In this document: piece after piece, positions 54,123 through 62,223 of the stretch
Layout of the letters: every line of letters begins with the position of its first letter
How positions within the stretch are numbered: position 1 is the stretch's first letter
Assembly (NCBI GenBank): GCA_035938395.1
Contig: DASZGY010000080.1
Coordinates: 1,188-65,187, forward strand
Length of the DNA stretch: 64,000 nt
From: Acidimicrobiia bacterium
GTDB taxonomy: Bacteria; Actinomycetota; Acidimicrobiia; IMCC26256; JACDBD01
Direction: 5' to 3'
Notes under the pieces: model-generated
What the model was told of the DNA's origin: nothing
Databases searched by the model: none
What the model saw: only the letters and a program-made list of their open reading frames with translations
Translations under genes and position numbers: made by a program

Positions 54123-55034
54123 GTGCCGAAAGCTGTTGTCCTGACGAAATACGGACCTCCGGACGTCCTCGTCTGGAAGGACGTAGCTCTGCCCGAGCCT
54201 GGTCCGCGCCAAGTGCGCATCCGAGTCAAGTGCGCGGGCGTGAGTCCCACGGATCCGAAGATCCGCCGCGGTGACGTTCAGGCCGTGTTTCGCCTTCCCG
54301 CCAACGCAGTGCTCGGCTTTGAGGCGGCAGGTGTCGTCGACGCGCTCGGTTCGTCGGTCGAAGGGGTCAAGAACGGCGACGAAGTCGCGTGCCTCTTGCC
54401 CGATCTGGGCGGCTACGCCGAATACGCGCTCACTTCTTCATGGACCCGGAAGCCCCCTGACGTGAGTTGGAGCGATGCGGCCGCCCTCCCCTCCTCGGCA
54501 GAAGCCGCAGTGCGTGTCCTCGAGCAGCTCGGGCTCACCGGCGGCGAGACACTCCTCATTCTCGGCGCCGCCGGTTCGGTCGGGATGATCGCAGCTCAGC
54601 TTGCCGTCTCCCGCGGCGCAACGGTTCTCGGCGCCGCAGCGCCACGAGACCACGAGCTGGTGCGCGACCTCGGTGCCGATCCCGTCAGCTACGGACCGGG
54701 GTTGGCTGATCGGGTGCGCGAGACCGTCGCGTCGGTCGACGCTGTGCTCGACGCGGCGGGAAAAGGAGAGCTCAAGGAGGCCGTCGATCTTGCTGGCGGT
54801 CCGGCGCGCGTCGTCACCCTGGCTGATGAGCATGCCGCCGACCTGGGTGTCGCGTTCTCCGCATTTACACCCGACCGTGCACCCGAAGCTCTCGATCAGA
54901 CCATGTCCCTCTTAGCTAGGGGCGCTCTTCGCCTCCGTCGCCAGCACCATCTACCTCTTGAGCGAGCTGCTGAGGCGCACCAGCTTCTCGAGAGCGGTGA
55001 CGCCCACGAAAAGGTCATCCTCGATGCCCCGTGA
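54123..55034 (+). CDS. MDR-family NADPH:quinone oxidoreductase-like protein
   Basis: GroES-like N-terminus and the cofactor motif LGAAGSVGMIAAQLA. GTG start. Confidence 0.85.
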   Translation: MPKAVVLTKYGPPDVLVWKDVALPEPGPRQVRIRVKCAGVSPTDPKIRRGDVQAVFRLPANAVLGFEAAGVVDALGSSVEGVKNGDEVACLLPDLGGYAEYALTSSWTRKPPDVSWSDAAALPSSAEAAVRVLEQLGLTGGETLLILGAAGSVGMIAAQLAVSRGATVLGAAAPRDHELVRDLGADPVSYGPGLADRVRETVASVDAVLDAAGKGELKEAVDLAGGPARVVTLADEHAADLGVAFSAFTPDRAPEALDQTMSLLARGALRLRRQHHLPLERAAEAHQLLESGDAHEKVILDAP

Positions 55035-55138
55035 CGCCAGCCCGCTTGCCGCTGGTCCCTCCTACTCCGTCGCCAGCGCCTGCTCGCCATGGCCGACGCC
55101 GCCAAAGCTTCACAGCGTTCGACCGCAGGAGGAGCCAG

Positions 55139-55522
55139 ATGGAGAGCCCGATCGAGGTGGTGCGCAGATTTTGCGCCGCGTGGTCCGACGACAAAGCGGC
55201 CGGCGACCTGGCGGCATTCTTTACCGACCACGCCGTCTACCACAACATCCCGCTGGCACCGGTTGTCGGCAGGGAGGCCATCGCCAACACGATCGCAACG
55301 TTCATCCGCCCGGGCCCGCCAGGCATCGAGAGCATCGAGTTCCGCGTCATCAACATCGCAGCCGATGGCCCGGTCGTGATGACTGAGCGGGTGGACGCCT
55401 TCAAGCTCCCCGACACGTCATTTGAGCTGCCAGTCATGGGAACTTTCGAGGTCAGCGACGGCAAAATCAACGCCTGGCGGGACTATTTCGACATGAACCA
55501 GTTCACCAGCCAGATGGGATAA
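55139..55522 (+). CDS. limonene-1,2-epoxide hydrolase / SnoaL-like (NTF2-fold) protein
   Basis: About 127 aa: IEVVRRFCAAWSD...AVYHNIPL...GKINAWRDYFD, an NTF2-like pattern. ATG 55139 with GGAGGAG upstream. Confidence 0.7.
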   Translation: MESPIEVVRRFCAAWSDDKAAGDLAAFFTDHAVYHNIPLAPVVGREAIANTIATFIRPGPPGIESIEFRVINIAADGPVVMTERVDAFKLPDTSFELPVMGTFEVSDGKINAWRDYFDMNQFTSQMG

Positions 55523-55593
55523 GGCTTGAACCCACAATGAGTACTCGAGCTTGAAGCGGCTCCGAATCGATCGCAACACGTGATCGCGTAATT

Positions 55594-55609
55594 CCCGCAA
55601 GATTGCGGG
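55594..55609. promoter_or_regulatory. 7-2-7 inverted repeat upstream of the MFS gene (candidate operator)
   Basis: CCCGCAA-GA-TTGCGGG, ending 16 bp upstream of the GTG at 55625. Confidence 0.25.
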
Positions 55610-55624
55610 TGCGCGGGCCGGGGA

Positions 55625-57121
55625 GTGCAAGTGCTGATCCCAAGTGGAGAGCTCCGGTTCGGTTCTGCGGCCGGGCGTTGGGTGATCGCGGCCTCGGTCT
55701 TGGGCTCCGGGATCGCGGCAATCGATGCCACGGTGGTTGGTGTCGCGCTTCCGACGATCGGTCGCGAGTTTCACATCGGTGTGGCCGGCCTCCAGTGGGT
55801 TGTGAGTGGTTACTTTCTCACCCTCGCGTCGTTCTTGCTCCTGAGCGGTTCGCTCAGCGACCGCTTCGGCCGAAAGCGACTGTTCGGTATCGGAGTGATC
55901 GGCTTTGCCGTCGCGTCCGCGGCTTGTGGCCTAGCCCCGAGTGCTGGCTTCCTTATCGCTATGCGCGTGCTCCAAGGGATCGGTGGTGCCCTCCTGGTCA
56001 CTGGGAGCCTCGCCATCCTCGAGGCGTCGTTTGCTCCGAGCGACCGGGGCGCAGCGATCGGAGCGTGGGCAGGTCTCGGTGCGGTGGCCACTGCGGTCGG
56101 GCCGCTGCTGGGCGGATATCTGATCTCGGCGGCTTCGTGGCGTTGGATCTTCTTCCTCAACGTCCCCGTCGCCGTGATCGTGCTCTTCGTCGCCGTCCGC
56201 CACGTTCCCGAGTCAAAAGATCCCAACGCGGCGCGTCACATCGACGTGGCCGGCGCGAGTTTGGCCGTCGTCGGGCTCGGCGCGATCGCGTTCGCGCTGA
56301 TCGAAGGGCCAGGGCTCGGGTGGTCTTCCATCGAGGTCGTCGCCGCGCTGGCGTTGGCGATCGGGGCCTTGGGAACTTTCGCCTTCGTTGAACTGCGGAG
56401 CCCGCAGCCCCTGCTCCCGTTAGGAATGTTTCGCCAGCGCCAGTTCAGCTCGACCAACGCGATCACATTCCTGATGTTCGCGAGTGTCGGAGGTGCGTTC
56501 TTCCTGCTCCCCGTGCAACTGCAAATCGGCTCGGGTTACTCGCCCCTCCAAGCTGGGGCGGCACTTCTTCCCGTCACGATCATCGAGCTCGTCTTTTCGG
56601 TTCGCTCGGGACGTCTGGCATCCAGGATCGGACCCCGACTGCAGCTGATCGCCGGACCCTTCATCTTCGGTGCCAGTCTCGTATTACTCACCCGAATCAC
56701 TGACGGTCGCGGCTATCTCGTCTCTGTCCTACCGGCGATGATCGTGATGGGGATCGGCGTCGCAACCTTCGTCGCGCCCCTCACCGCCACCGTCATGGGG
56801 TCCGCGGCGCCAGAACGCGCCGGCCTGGCTTCCGCCATCAACAACGACGTCGCCCGAATCGGCAGCTTGATCGCGGTGTCCGTGCTCCCCGCGATCGCCG
56901 GCATCACCGGGACCACCTACCTGCACCCGGCCGAGCTGGCGGCTGGATTCCGCACCGCAATGATCGTGTCAGCCATCGGATGTGGGCTCGCCGGGATCCT
57001 CGCCACGCTGACCATCACGAATCCAGTGCGCCGAGCTGAACCCTCAACCCCGTACGCGCACTGCGCGATCGATGCCCCGCCGCTCCGGGTCAGCATCCCA
57101 GAGGTCGCCCGTGAACGCTGA
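55625..57121 (+). CDS. MFS transporter, DHA2 (14-TMS drug:H+ antiporter) family
   Basis: About 14 hydrophobic segments and motif A-like LSGSLSDRFGRKRLF. Confidence 0.88.
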   Translation: MQVLIPSGELRFGSAAGRWVIAASVLGSGIAAIDATVVGVALPTIGREFHIGVAGLQWVVSGYFLTLASFLLLSGSLSDRFGRKRLFGIGVIGFAVASAACGLAPSAGFLIAMRVLQGIGGALLVTGSLAILEASFAPSDRGAAIGAWAGLGAVATAVGPLLGGYLISAASWRWIFFLNVPVAVIVLFVAVRHVPESKDPNAARHIDVAGASLAVVGLGAIAFALIEGPGLGWSSIEVVAALALAIGALGTFAFVELRSPQPLLPLGMFRQRQFSSTNAITFLMFASVGGAFFLLPVQLQIGSGYSPLQAGAALLPVTIIELVFSVRSGRLASRIGPRLQLIAGPFIFGASLVLLTRITDGRGYLVSVLPAMIVMGIGVATFVAPLTATVMGSAAPERAGLASAINNDVARIGSLIAVSVLPAIAGITGTTYLHPAELAAGFRTAMIVSAIGCGLAGILATLTITNPVRRAEPSTPYAHCAIDAPPLRVSIPEVARER

Positions 57122-57177
57122 CCGTGCACCGGGCGCGAACACCGAAGCCAGCGGACGCATTGCCGCAGTTCTTCCCG

Positions 57178-57861
57178 TCATGCGCGCCGTTCGGGATGTC
57201 GAGGTTCTTGACCATCGGTATCGGCACCCCCCTGTCGCCGGTGCCCGAGAAATTCTCCCCGGGCGAGGGCGACCGCTTGGACGCGGTTCGTGACGTCGAG
57301 CTTGGAGAACAGGCTGCGAAGTTGCGACTTGATTGTGTTCTCGCTGAGAAACAGGTGACTGCCCAGCTGGCGGTTGGTCATTCCCGTGGGCAAAAGCGCC
57401 AGAAGCTCGCTCTCCCGTTCGGTGAGCTTCACGGCGCGACCGGGCCAGCCCAGCTCAGGAATTATCGTGGCGCGCTGCGAACGCTTGAGCGACATCACCT
57501 GCTCACCGCGTGCGGCTTTCCGGATGCCATCGACGATTTGTGCCGCCGGGCTTGCCTTGGAGATGAATCCTCGAGCGCCGGCCTGCATGACGCCGTTCGC
57601 GAGTGCAGCGTCGTTGGAGAAGCTGAACACGACGACCGCCCCGTTTCCAGGGTCCGAACTGAGCTCCCGGACCCGCTCCCGTAACGCCCCAGCCTCGCCG
57701 TAAGTGTCGAAGAGGGTCACATCGACGGTCCGCTCCGGGGTCGCACGGACGTCGAGCTCGACCACCCGAATACCCGGCGCGTACGGCCGCAAAAGCGCTC
57801 GCAGACCCTCGAGCACGAGCTCAAAGTCGTTGACCAGGGCGACCCGGATGCTTTCGTGCAT
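57178..57861 (-). CDS. LuxR-family response regulator with atypical receiver domain (orphan)
   Basis: C-terminal HTH LTERESELLALLPTGMTNRQLGSHLFLSENTIKSQLRSLFSKLDV. The receiver has ND in place of the usual DD pair (VALVNDFE) but keeps the LFD Asp and the K of GFISK. No kinase gene is adjacent. Confidence 0.8.
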   Translation of the reverse strand: MHESIRVALVNDFELVLEGLRALLRPYAPGIRVVELDVRATPERTVDVTLFDTYGEAGALRERVRELSSDPGNGAVVVFSFSNDAALANGVMQAGARGFISKASPAAQIVDGIRKAARGEQVMSLKRSQRATIIPELGWPGRAVKLTERESELLALLPTGMTNRQLGSHLFLSENTIKSQLRSLFSKLDVTNRVQAVALARGEFLGHRRQGGADTDGQEPRHPERRA

Positions 57862-57876
57862 GCACCGAGCATGCTC
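57856..57876. promoter_or_regulatory. two tandem 10-bp GCATGC-centred palindromes spanning the LuxR start codon
   Basis: GTGCATGCAC (57856-57865) and GAGCATGCTC (57867-57876) have centres 11 bp apart. A separate perfect 14-bp palindrome, CACCCGATCGGGTG, lies at 57897-57910. Confidence 0.35.
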
Positions 57877-58076
57877 TCCCCGCTGACCGACTGAAACACC
57901 CGATCGGGTGATTGAGGACCGCCGCTGCCGGCGCGACCATCACCTTCCTCGCGGAGAGTTCGTGAACGGCTCCATGCGCCCGTGGCCGCGACGCGTGCGC
58001 CACCGGTTCAGACCGTGAGCTGGTCCGAAACCACTCATGTCCGAACTGCACCGTTCAGAAGGGTTGGCCGCGCTCG

Positions 58077-58439
58077 ATGACTCGACAAGGCACAAGCTCG
58101 CCGGGCCGCAGATCCGAGATCTCCGATGACCTCTTGCGATTCGAGTTCGCTCGAACCCGCTCGGCAGAAACTCTCTACGTGACCGGCGAACTCGATGTCA
58201 GCACCGCGCCAGCCCTCGAACGCGCGGTAGCCCGGACACTGGACGGGCAAGGCGGCGAGTTCCGTATCGACGTCCGACGCATGACCTTTATGGACTCCAC
58301 GGGCGCCCAGGCGCTCCTGCGCCTACACCGACGGATCACGGGCTTGGGCCGGCGGCTGGTGATCGTCTCGCCGACCCGGCAAGTGCGCTTGGTGCTCGAG
58401 ATCCTAGGGCTCGACCAACTCATCGACGTTCGGCGATAG
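58077..58439 (+). CDS. STAS-domain protein (anti-sigma-factor antagonist family)
   Basis: LYVTGELDVSTAPALERAV...FMDSTGAQALL...LVIVSP pattern of SpoIIAA/RsbV-like STAS domains. It includes the conserved DSTG Ser/Thr position. Confidence 0.8.
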   Translation: MTRQGTSSPGRRSEISDDLLRFEFARTRSAETLYVTGELDVSTAPALERAVARTLDGQGGEFRIDVRRMTFMDSTGAQALLRLHRRITGLGRRLVIVSPTRQVRLVLEILGLDQLIDVRR

Positions 58440-58640
58440 GAGCAGCAGGAGATCGAGCTTGGTGGACTCCGCATCGAGCGAGGTTGCCCGACATCCGTAC
58501 GCGATTTGGCGGGCGTTGTCGAGCCCTCCAGATGCGTCCGGTTTGGCTGCGATGACCGACACGCGGCGGTACGGCGGAGAGTGTCCGACGTTTCTCGGAG
58601 TCATGCAACGGGAAGGCACCCATCCGACCAAGGAGGTCCC

Positions 58641-58715
58641 GTGTATATCGGTATTGGAACTCTGGTGTTCATACTGCTGATCCTCTTGATCGTCTGGGTG
58701 GTGCGGCGCGCGTAG
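58641..58715 (+). CDS. 24-aa hydrophobic miniprotein (tentative)
   Basis: AAGGAGG lies 4 nt upstream of a GTG. The ORF encodes MYIGIGTLVFILLILLIVWVVRRA, a single TM helix with a basic C-terminus. It sits 93 bp upstream of the GlsB/YeaQ gene. Confidence 0.35.
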   Translation: MYIGIGTLVFILLILLIVWVVRRA

Positions 58716-58808
58716 AACCGGCCGCGAAACGCACGAGGTGAGCGTCCAAAGACCGACTCCGATAGTCGGCGGTTGACCGGCGCCACTGTTCCCCAAAGGA
58801 GGAGCGAC

Positions 58809-59099
58809 ATGATCGGCGCTCTCATCCTCGGCCTTGTCGCAGGCGGTTTGGCGCGCTTGGTGATGCCAAACGACGCCTTCGAGCACCTTGAGGGCTGGAA
58901 GTCATGGGTGGTGACGATCGTGCTCGGCCTCGTTGGCGCGTTCGTGGGATGGCTCATTTTCACGGGACTCTTCGGGGTCGGTGACACCGACGTCTTCGAC
59001 CTCGGCGGCCTCATCGGTGCGATTATCGGGTCGATCCTCGTGCTGATCGTGGTGGGCTTTGTTCTGCGCCGGACGCGGCGTTTTGAACGGTGGGAGTAG
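58809..59099 (+). CDS. GlsB/YeaQ/YmgE (transglycosylase-associated) stress-response membrane protein
   Basis: MIGALILGLVAGGLARLVMP... and Gly-rich TM helices typical of the family. AAAGGAGGAG upstream of ATG 58809. Confidence 0.85.
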   Translation: MIGALILGLVAGGLARLVMPNDAFEHLEGWKSWVVTIVLGLVGAFVGWLIFTGLFGVGDTDVFDLGGLIGAIIGSILVLIVVGFVLRRTRRFERWE

Positions 59100-59130
59100 A
59101 CGAGGAGTTCTAGAGAGACCGTTCGACCAA

Positions 59131-59146
59131 CGACGAGCACTCGTCG
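59131..59146 (+). terminator. short hairpin downstream of the GlsB gene
   Basis: CGACGAG-CA-CTCGTCG, 32 nt after the stop. The stem is short and there is no U-tract. Confidence 0.25.
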
Positions 59147-59345
59147 GCGCGCATTCCACGCGCTCTCCCGGCTGCACGCGTCGAGGCAGGTCGGACAGAG
59201 CGGCGAAGTTCCCTTTGCAAACGCATGCTGATCTGGAGTTGAAAGCGCCGATACAGCGGGAATCGAGATTGCTCGGGCGGGGCTTGGGACGATCCGGCGT
59301 AGCAACGCAATCGTGGCCGAGCGTCGCCTGCGCGGCAGGACGACG

Positions 59346-60794
59346 TCATCCGCCGACGCGAGCCTTGTCTTCGAGGACTTGTCGCCTCAGCGCCTCCGCG
59401 AAGGCCGAGTCGCAGACCACGTCCTCGAGCTCGATCTCGTCGGAATCGAGCAGCTGTAGCCGTAGGTAATCGTGGCCGTCCAGCCCGTGGAGAACAATGC
59501 CGGCGGCGAAAAAGCCCAGCTCGTTCAGCTCGGCCGTCGCCTCGTCCACGTCGGTCACAGCCTCCAGGTCGAGGTCGGCGTAGGCGACGTCGACATGCCG
59601 CGAGAGGAGGTGGTGCACGGCGTCCTTCAGAGCCGAGTCGGCTTCCGACTCCCAGCGCCGGAGCCTTAGGAAGCCGAGGGCGCGTGGCTCGTCGACGTAG
59701 GCCGTGATCGCCTCCCCCTCGAATGGAGCCGGTTGAGTGCGAGCCTCGATCACCAAGCCGACGTTGGCATACACGCTCTCGAGTAGCTCGCGGTAGACGG
59801 CCGGCAGCGCGACCCGCCGCGGCTGGTCGTCGAAGGGTCGGTAGGAGCGGATCGTGGCCGTGCGTCGTCTCGGCCCCTCGCCACCAAACCCGCGCATCGT
59901 CGTTTGCGCCGGGAACATGCCGAGCTGGAGAGCAGTCTCGTGGTAGCCGTTCGAACGCTCGGCGCGCTGACTGAAGGGATGGATGGTGACGGCATCACCG
60001 AAAACCGAAGAGAGTCCGCGCTTGATCGCGGTGTCGAGGCCGTACTCGGACAAACGGCCGAAGATACCGAGGCCGCGATAGGCGGAGTGGACGACGGCGG
60101 CGCCCGTCTCGGCGGAGGAGACACCAGGGAGCGGCATCAGCGCGCCGTGCCCGATCACGTGCCCGTCGTGGACCGCGATCGTAGATACCAAGCCGCCGGA
60201 CGCCATCATCGCCATCAAGTACCGAGGCCGGTAGAAGTCGGCGTGCACGTAGCTCAGGTGGTAGCTCTCGTAGAGGAGCTGGGCGATCGCCTCCGCGTCC
60301 TGGGGCGTCCCCGCCCTCACCTCGATCGCGTCAGAGGCTTCTCCCTCGGCGGGTGCGCGCCTCGGCACAGCCTCGATGTGGTGCCACTTGGCCTGTCCAT
60401 CGCCACCTGAGCGGACGGTCACCTCTGCCGTCAGGCGCTTCCCGTTCGAACCGAGGTTCGTCAGCCGAACGTCGCCGGCGTCAGGAATGAGAGCAGCGAG
60501 CGGCTCGGGCAGCAACCCGTATTCCCCTCCAGCGCTCGTCAGCGGCAGGCCCCAGTCGTGGACGGCGACAAAAACCGATCGGTCGCCCGCTTCGAGCGTC
60601 ACCTCGATCTCGCCGAGGTTGTCATCCGGGTACGCGTGGTCGAGCGTAAAGGTGACGACTTGCTCGACGACGGCACCGAGCCGCCGCGTGTCCTCCGCGG
60701 GGATTCCGATAGCGGCTGCGAACGCAGGGATGAGCGCAAGCACCAATGACGGTGCGCTCGGGTCGCTGAGGACGGTGACCTTTACCCTCGACAC
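59346..60794 (-). CDS. fusion protein: RsbW/SpoIIAB-like HATPase domain (degenerate) + GNAT acetyltransferase + second GNAT-like domain
   Basis: The N-terminal roughly 130 aa follow the anti-sigma kinase pattern (KVTVLSDPSAPSLVLALIPAFAAAIGIPAEDTRRLGAVVEQVVTFTLDHAY...VAVHDWGLPL). Phe replaces the N-box Asn. The central GNAT has motif A YRGLGIFGRL. The C-terminal roughly 150 aa are acidic and GNAT-like. GTG start. Confidence 0.7.
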   Translation of the reverse strand: MSRVKVTVLSDPSAPSLVLALIPAFAAAIGIPAEDTRRLGAVVEQVVTFTLDHAYPDDNLGEIEVTLEAGDRSVFVAVHDWGLPLTSAGGEYGLLPEPLAALIPDAGDVRLTNLGSNGKRLTAEVTVRSGGDGQAKWHHIEAVPRRAPAEGEASDAIEVRAGTPQDAEAIAQLLYESYHLSYVHADFYRPRYLMAMMASGGLVSTIAVHDGHVIGHGALMPLPGVSSAETGAAVVHSAYRGLGIFGRLSEYGLDTAIKRGLSSVFGDAVTIHPFSQRAERSNGYHETALQLGMFPAQTTMRGFGGEGPRRRTATIRSYRPFDDQPRRVALPAVYRELLESVYANVGLVIEARTQPAPFEGEAITAYVDEPRALGFLRLRRWESEADSALKDAVHHLLSRHVDVAYADLDLEAVTDVDEATAELNELGFFAAGIVLHGLDGHDYLRLQLLDSDEIELEDVVCDSAFAEALRRQVLEDKARVGG

Positions 60795-60866
60795 GGCAAC
60801 AGCCGATGGTAGACGCCGAGCTCGGGCACGTGTCCGGCCGCCATTGGTCGTCCCGCGCGCTGGTGG

Positions 60867-61814
60867 CTACGTCGTCGGCGTTTGGGGGTGTCGGGTTTGG
60901 CGGACGGGGGCGAAGAAGTCGATCAGCAGTTGATTCACGCGTTGTGCCTGATCGTGATGGACCCAATGCGACGCGTCGAGGCGCTCGACGCGGTCGAGGT
61001 TGGGCACGTCTTCGCGGTCGGGCTCGGCGAGTTCGGAGCCGAGATAGGAATCGCGCTCGCCCCAGATGACCAATGTCGGCGCTGAAATCGGGCGAAGCTT
61101 GGCTGCGGCTTCCTTCTGGGACTGCCTCACCGAGGCGCGGTAGTAGTTGATCATCGCAGCTGCTGCTCCTGGCTGTGACCACGCCTCGACGTAGCGTTCG
61201 ATCTCCTGCGGCGTGTAGGGCGGGTTCGCCTCATCGAGGAAGTGTCGGAAGAAGTGCCAGTCTCTGACGTGAACCACGTCCTCGGGCAGTCCCGGTGTCG
61301 CAAAGAAGAAGAAGTACCAGGACTTCCGGAGCTGGCTCGGGTGGTGTAGCCCTTCCTGGAGGCGGCGCGGATGGGCCGCGCTGAGGATGGCGAGTCGGTC
61401 GACGACCTCTGGATGATTCATCGCAGTTGTCCAGGCGATGGATCCGCCCCAATCGTGGCCGACCAACAGCGCGGACTCGGCACCGAGCTCGCGGATGAGA
61501 CCGCGAATGTCGGCGGCGAGCAGGTCGACGCCGTAAGCCTCGAATCCTTCTGGCTTCCATGACAAGTTGTAGCCACGCGTGTCGGGGGCGACCACCCGAA
61601 AGCCGGCCGCCGCGAGCGGCTCGATCTGTAGCCGCCAACCGAACCAAAACTCCGGGAAGCCGTGCAGGAGAACGATCAGCGGCCCATCGCCGGCCTCGAC
61701 GTAATGCAACTTCACGTCGCCGACCTCGGCGTAGCTCTCCCGAAGTTCGGTCCCGTCGTCCAGGACCGCTTTCTCTGGAGCCAGGTTCGTGTGCGCACGA
61801 CCTTCTGCGCTCAT
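60867..61814 (-). CDS. alpha/beta-fold epoxide hydrolase
   Basis: HGFPEFWFGW (HGXP oxyanion region), nucleophile elbow GHDWGG, and C-terminal SHWVHHD histidine. GAGGAG SD. Confidence 0.88.
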   Translation of the reverse strand: MSAEGRAHTNLAPEKAVLDDGTELRESYAEVGDVKLHYVEAGDGPLIVLLHGFPEFWFGWRLQIEPLAAAGFRVVAPDTRGYNLSWKPEGFEAYGVDLLAADIRGLIRELGAESALLVGHDWGGSIAWTTAMNHPEVVDRLAILSAAHPRRLQEGLHHPSQLRKSWYFFFFATPGLPEDVVHVRDWHFFRHFLDEANPPYTPQEIERYVEAWSQPGAAAAMINYYRASVRQSQKEAAAKLRPISAPTLVIWGERDSYLGSELAEPDREDVPNLDRVERLDASHWVHHDQAQRVNQLLIDFFAPVRQTRHPQTPTT

Positions 61815-62026
61815 AAGGATCTCCTCTCAAGGCTGAACGAGCGTGGGGACGCACGAGGTTGCCCCTCTCGCCTTCACGTCTCGCCCGCGATACCCCGGCC
61901 TGCTCCCTGTTCGGGCTTCTGCTCAGTCCTGAGCCCCTTCCGTCGATTGTCTCCCTCCAGGAAAGGCACCTAGAGGGACGAAACCGGTCGAGGCGCCCTG
62001 AAACGAACCGGGAGAACTCTGAGTGA

Positions 62027-62190
62027 CGGCGAGACGGTGCGGGTTCCTCGGTATTGATCCAGCCAATGGCAGCTGATGACGTCGCCGACGCGTTGTGCAA
62101 CGTTGCGCTCGCTGCTCGGCTGAACAACACGATCGAGATCGGCAGGCTCGAATCGCGCCGGCCCTCGTCGTCCCTTGCCGACGATCACTT
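62027..62190 (+). pseudogene. C-terminal remnant of an NmrA/SDR-like NAD(P)H-binding protein
   Basis: The frame reads ...SSVLIQPMAADDVADALCNVALAARLNNTIEIGRLE, matching the conserved LIQPxAADDVAxAL...LNGTxEIxGPE C-terminal block of NmrA-like proteins. An in-frame stop lies just upstream, and no N-terminal Rossmann region is present. Boundaries are approximate. Confidence 0.5.
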
Positions 62191-62223
62191 CGATAGGGTC
62201 GGGTTGACTTTCGGGAGTTGGTC

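Noticed and set aside
53932-54144. 70-aa ORF (MELNVNGSIVHADGGHTTTFTGNRIG...) in the 210-bp gap between the isochorismatase and MDR genes. It could be a small protein or the remnant of a ThiS- or 2Fe-2S-like gene.
   Set aside because: Only the first roughly 25 codons have coding-like GC3. The rest is basic low-complexity sequence that runs into the MDR start. The motif evidence is too thin to call a gene or pseudogene.
59100-59345. 246-bp lower-GC convergent intergenic region after the GlsB gene. It could hold an sRNA or a small ORF (track ORFs 59059..59469 + and 59110..59349 -).
   Set aside because: The translations are not protein-like, and I recognise no conserved RNA motif. Only a short hairpin at 59131-59146 is noted as a weak terminator candidate.
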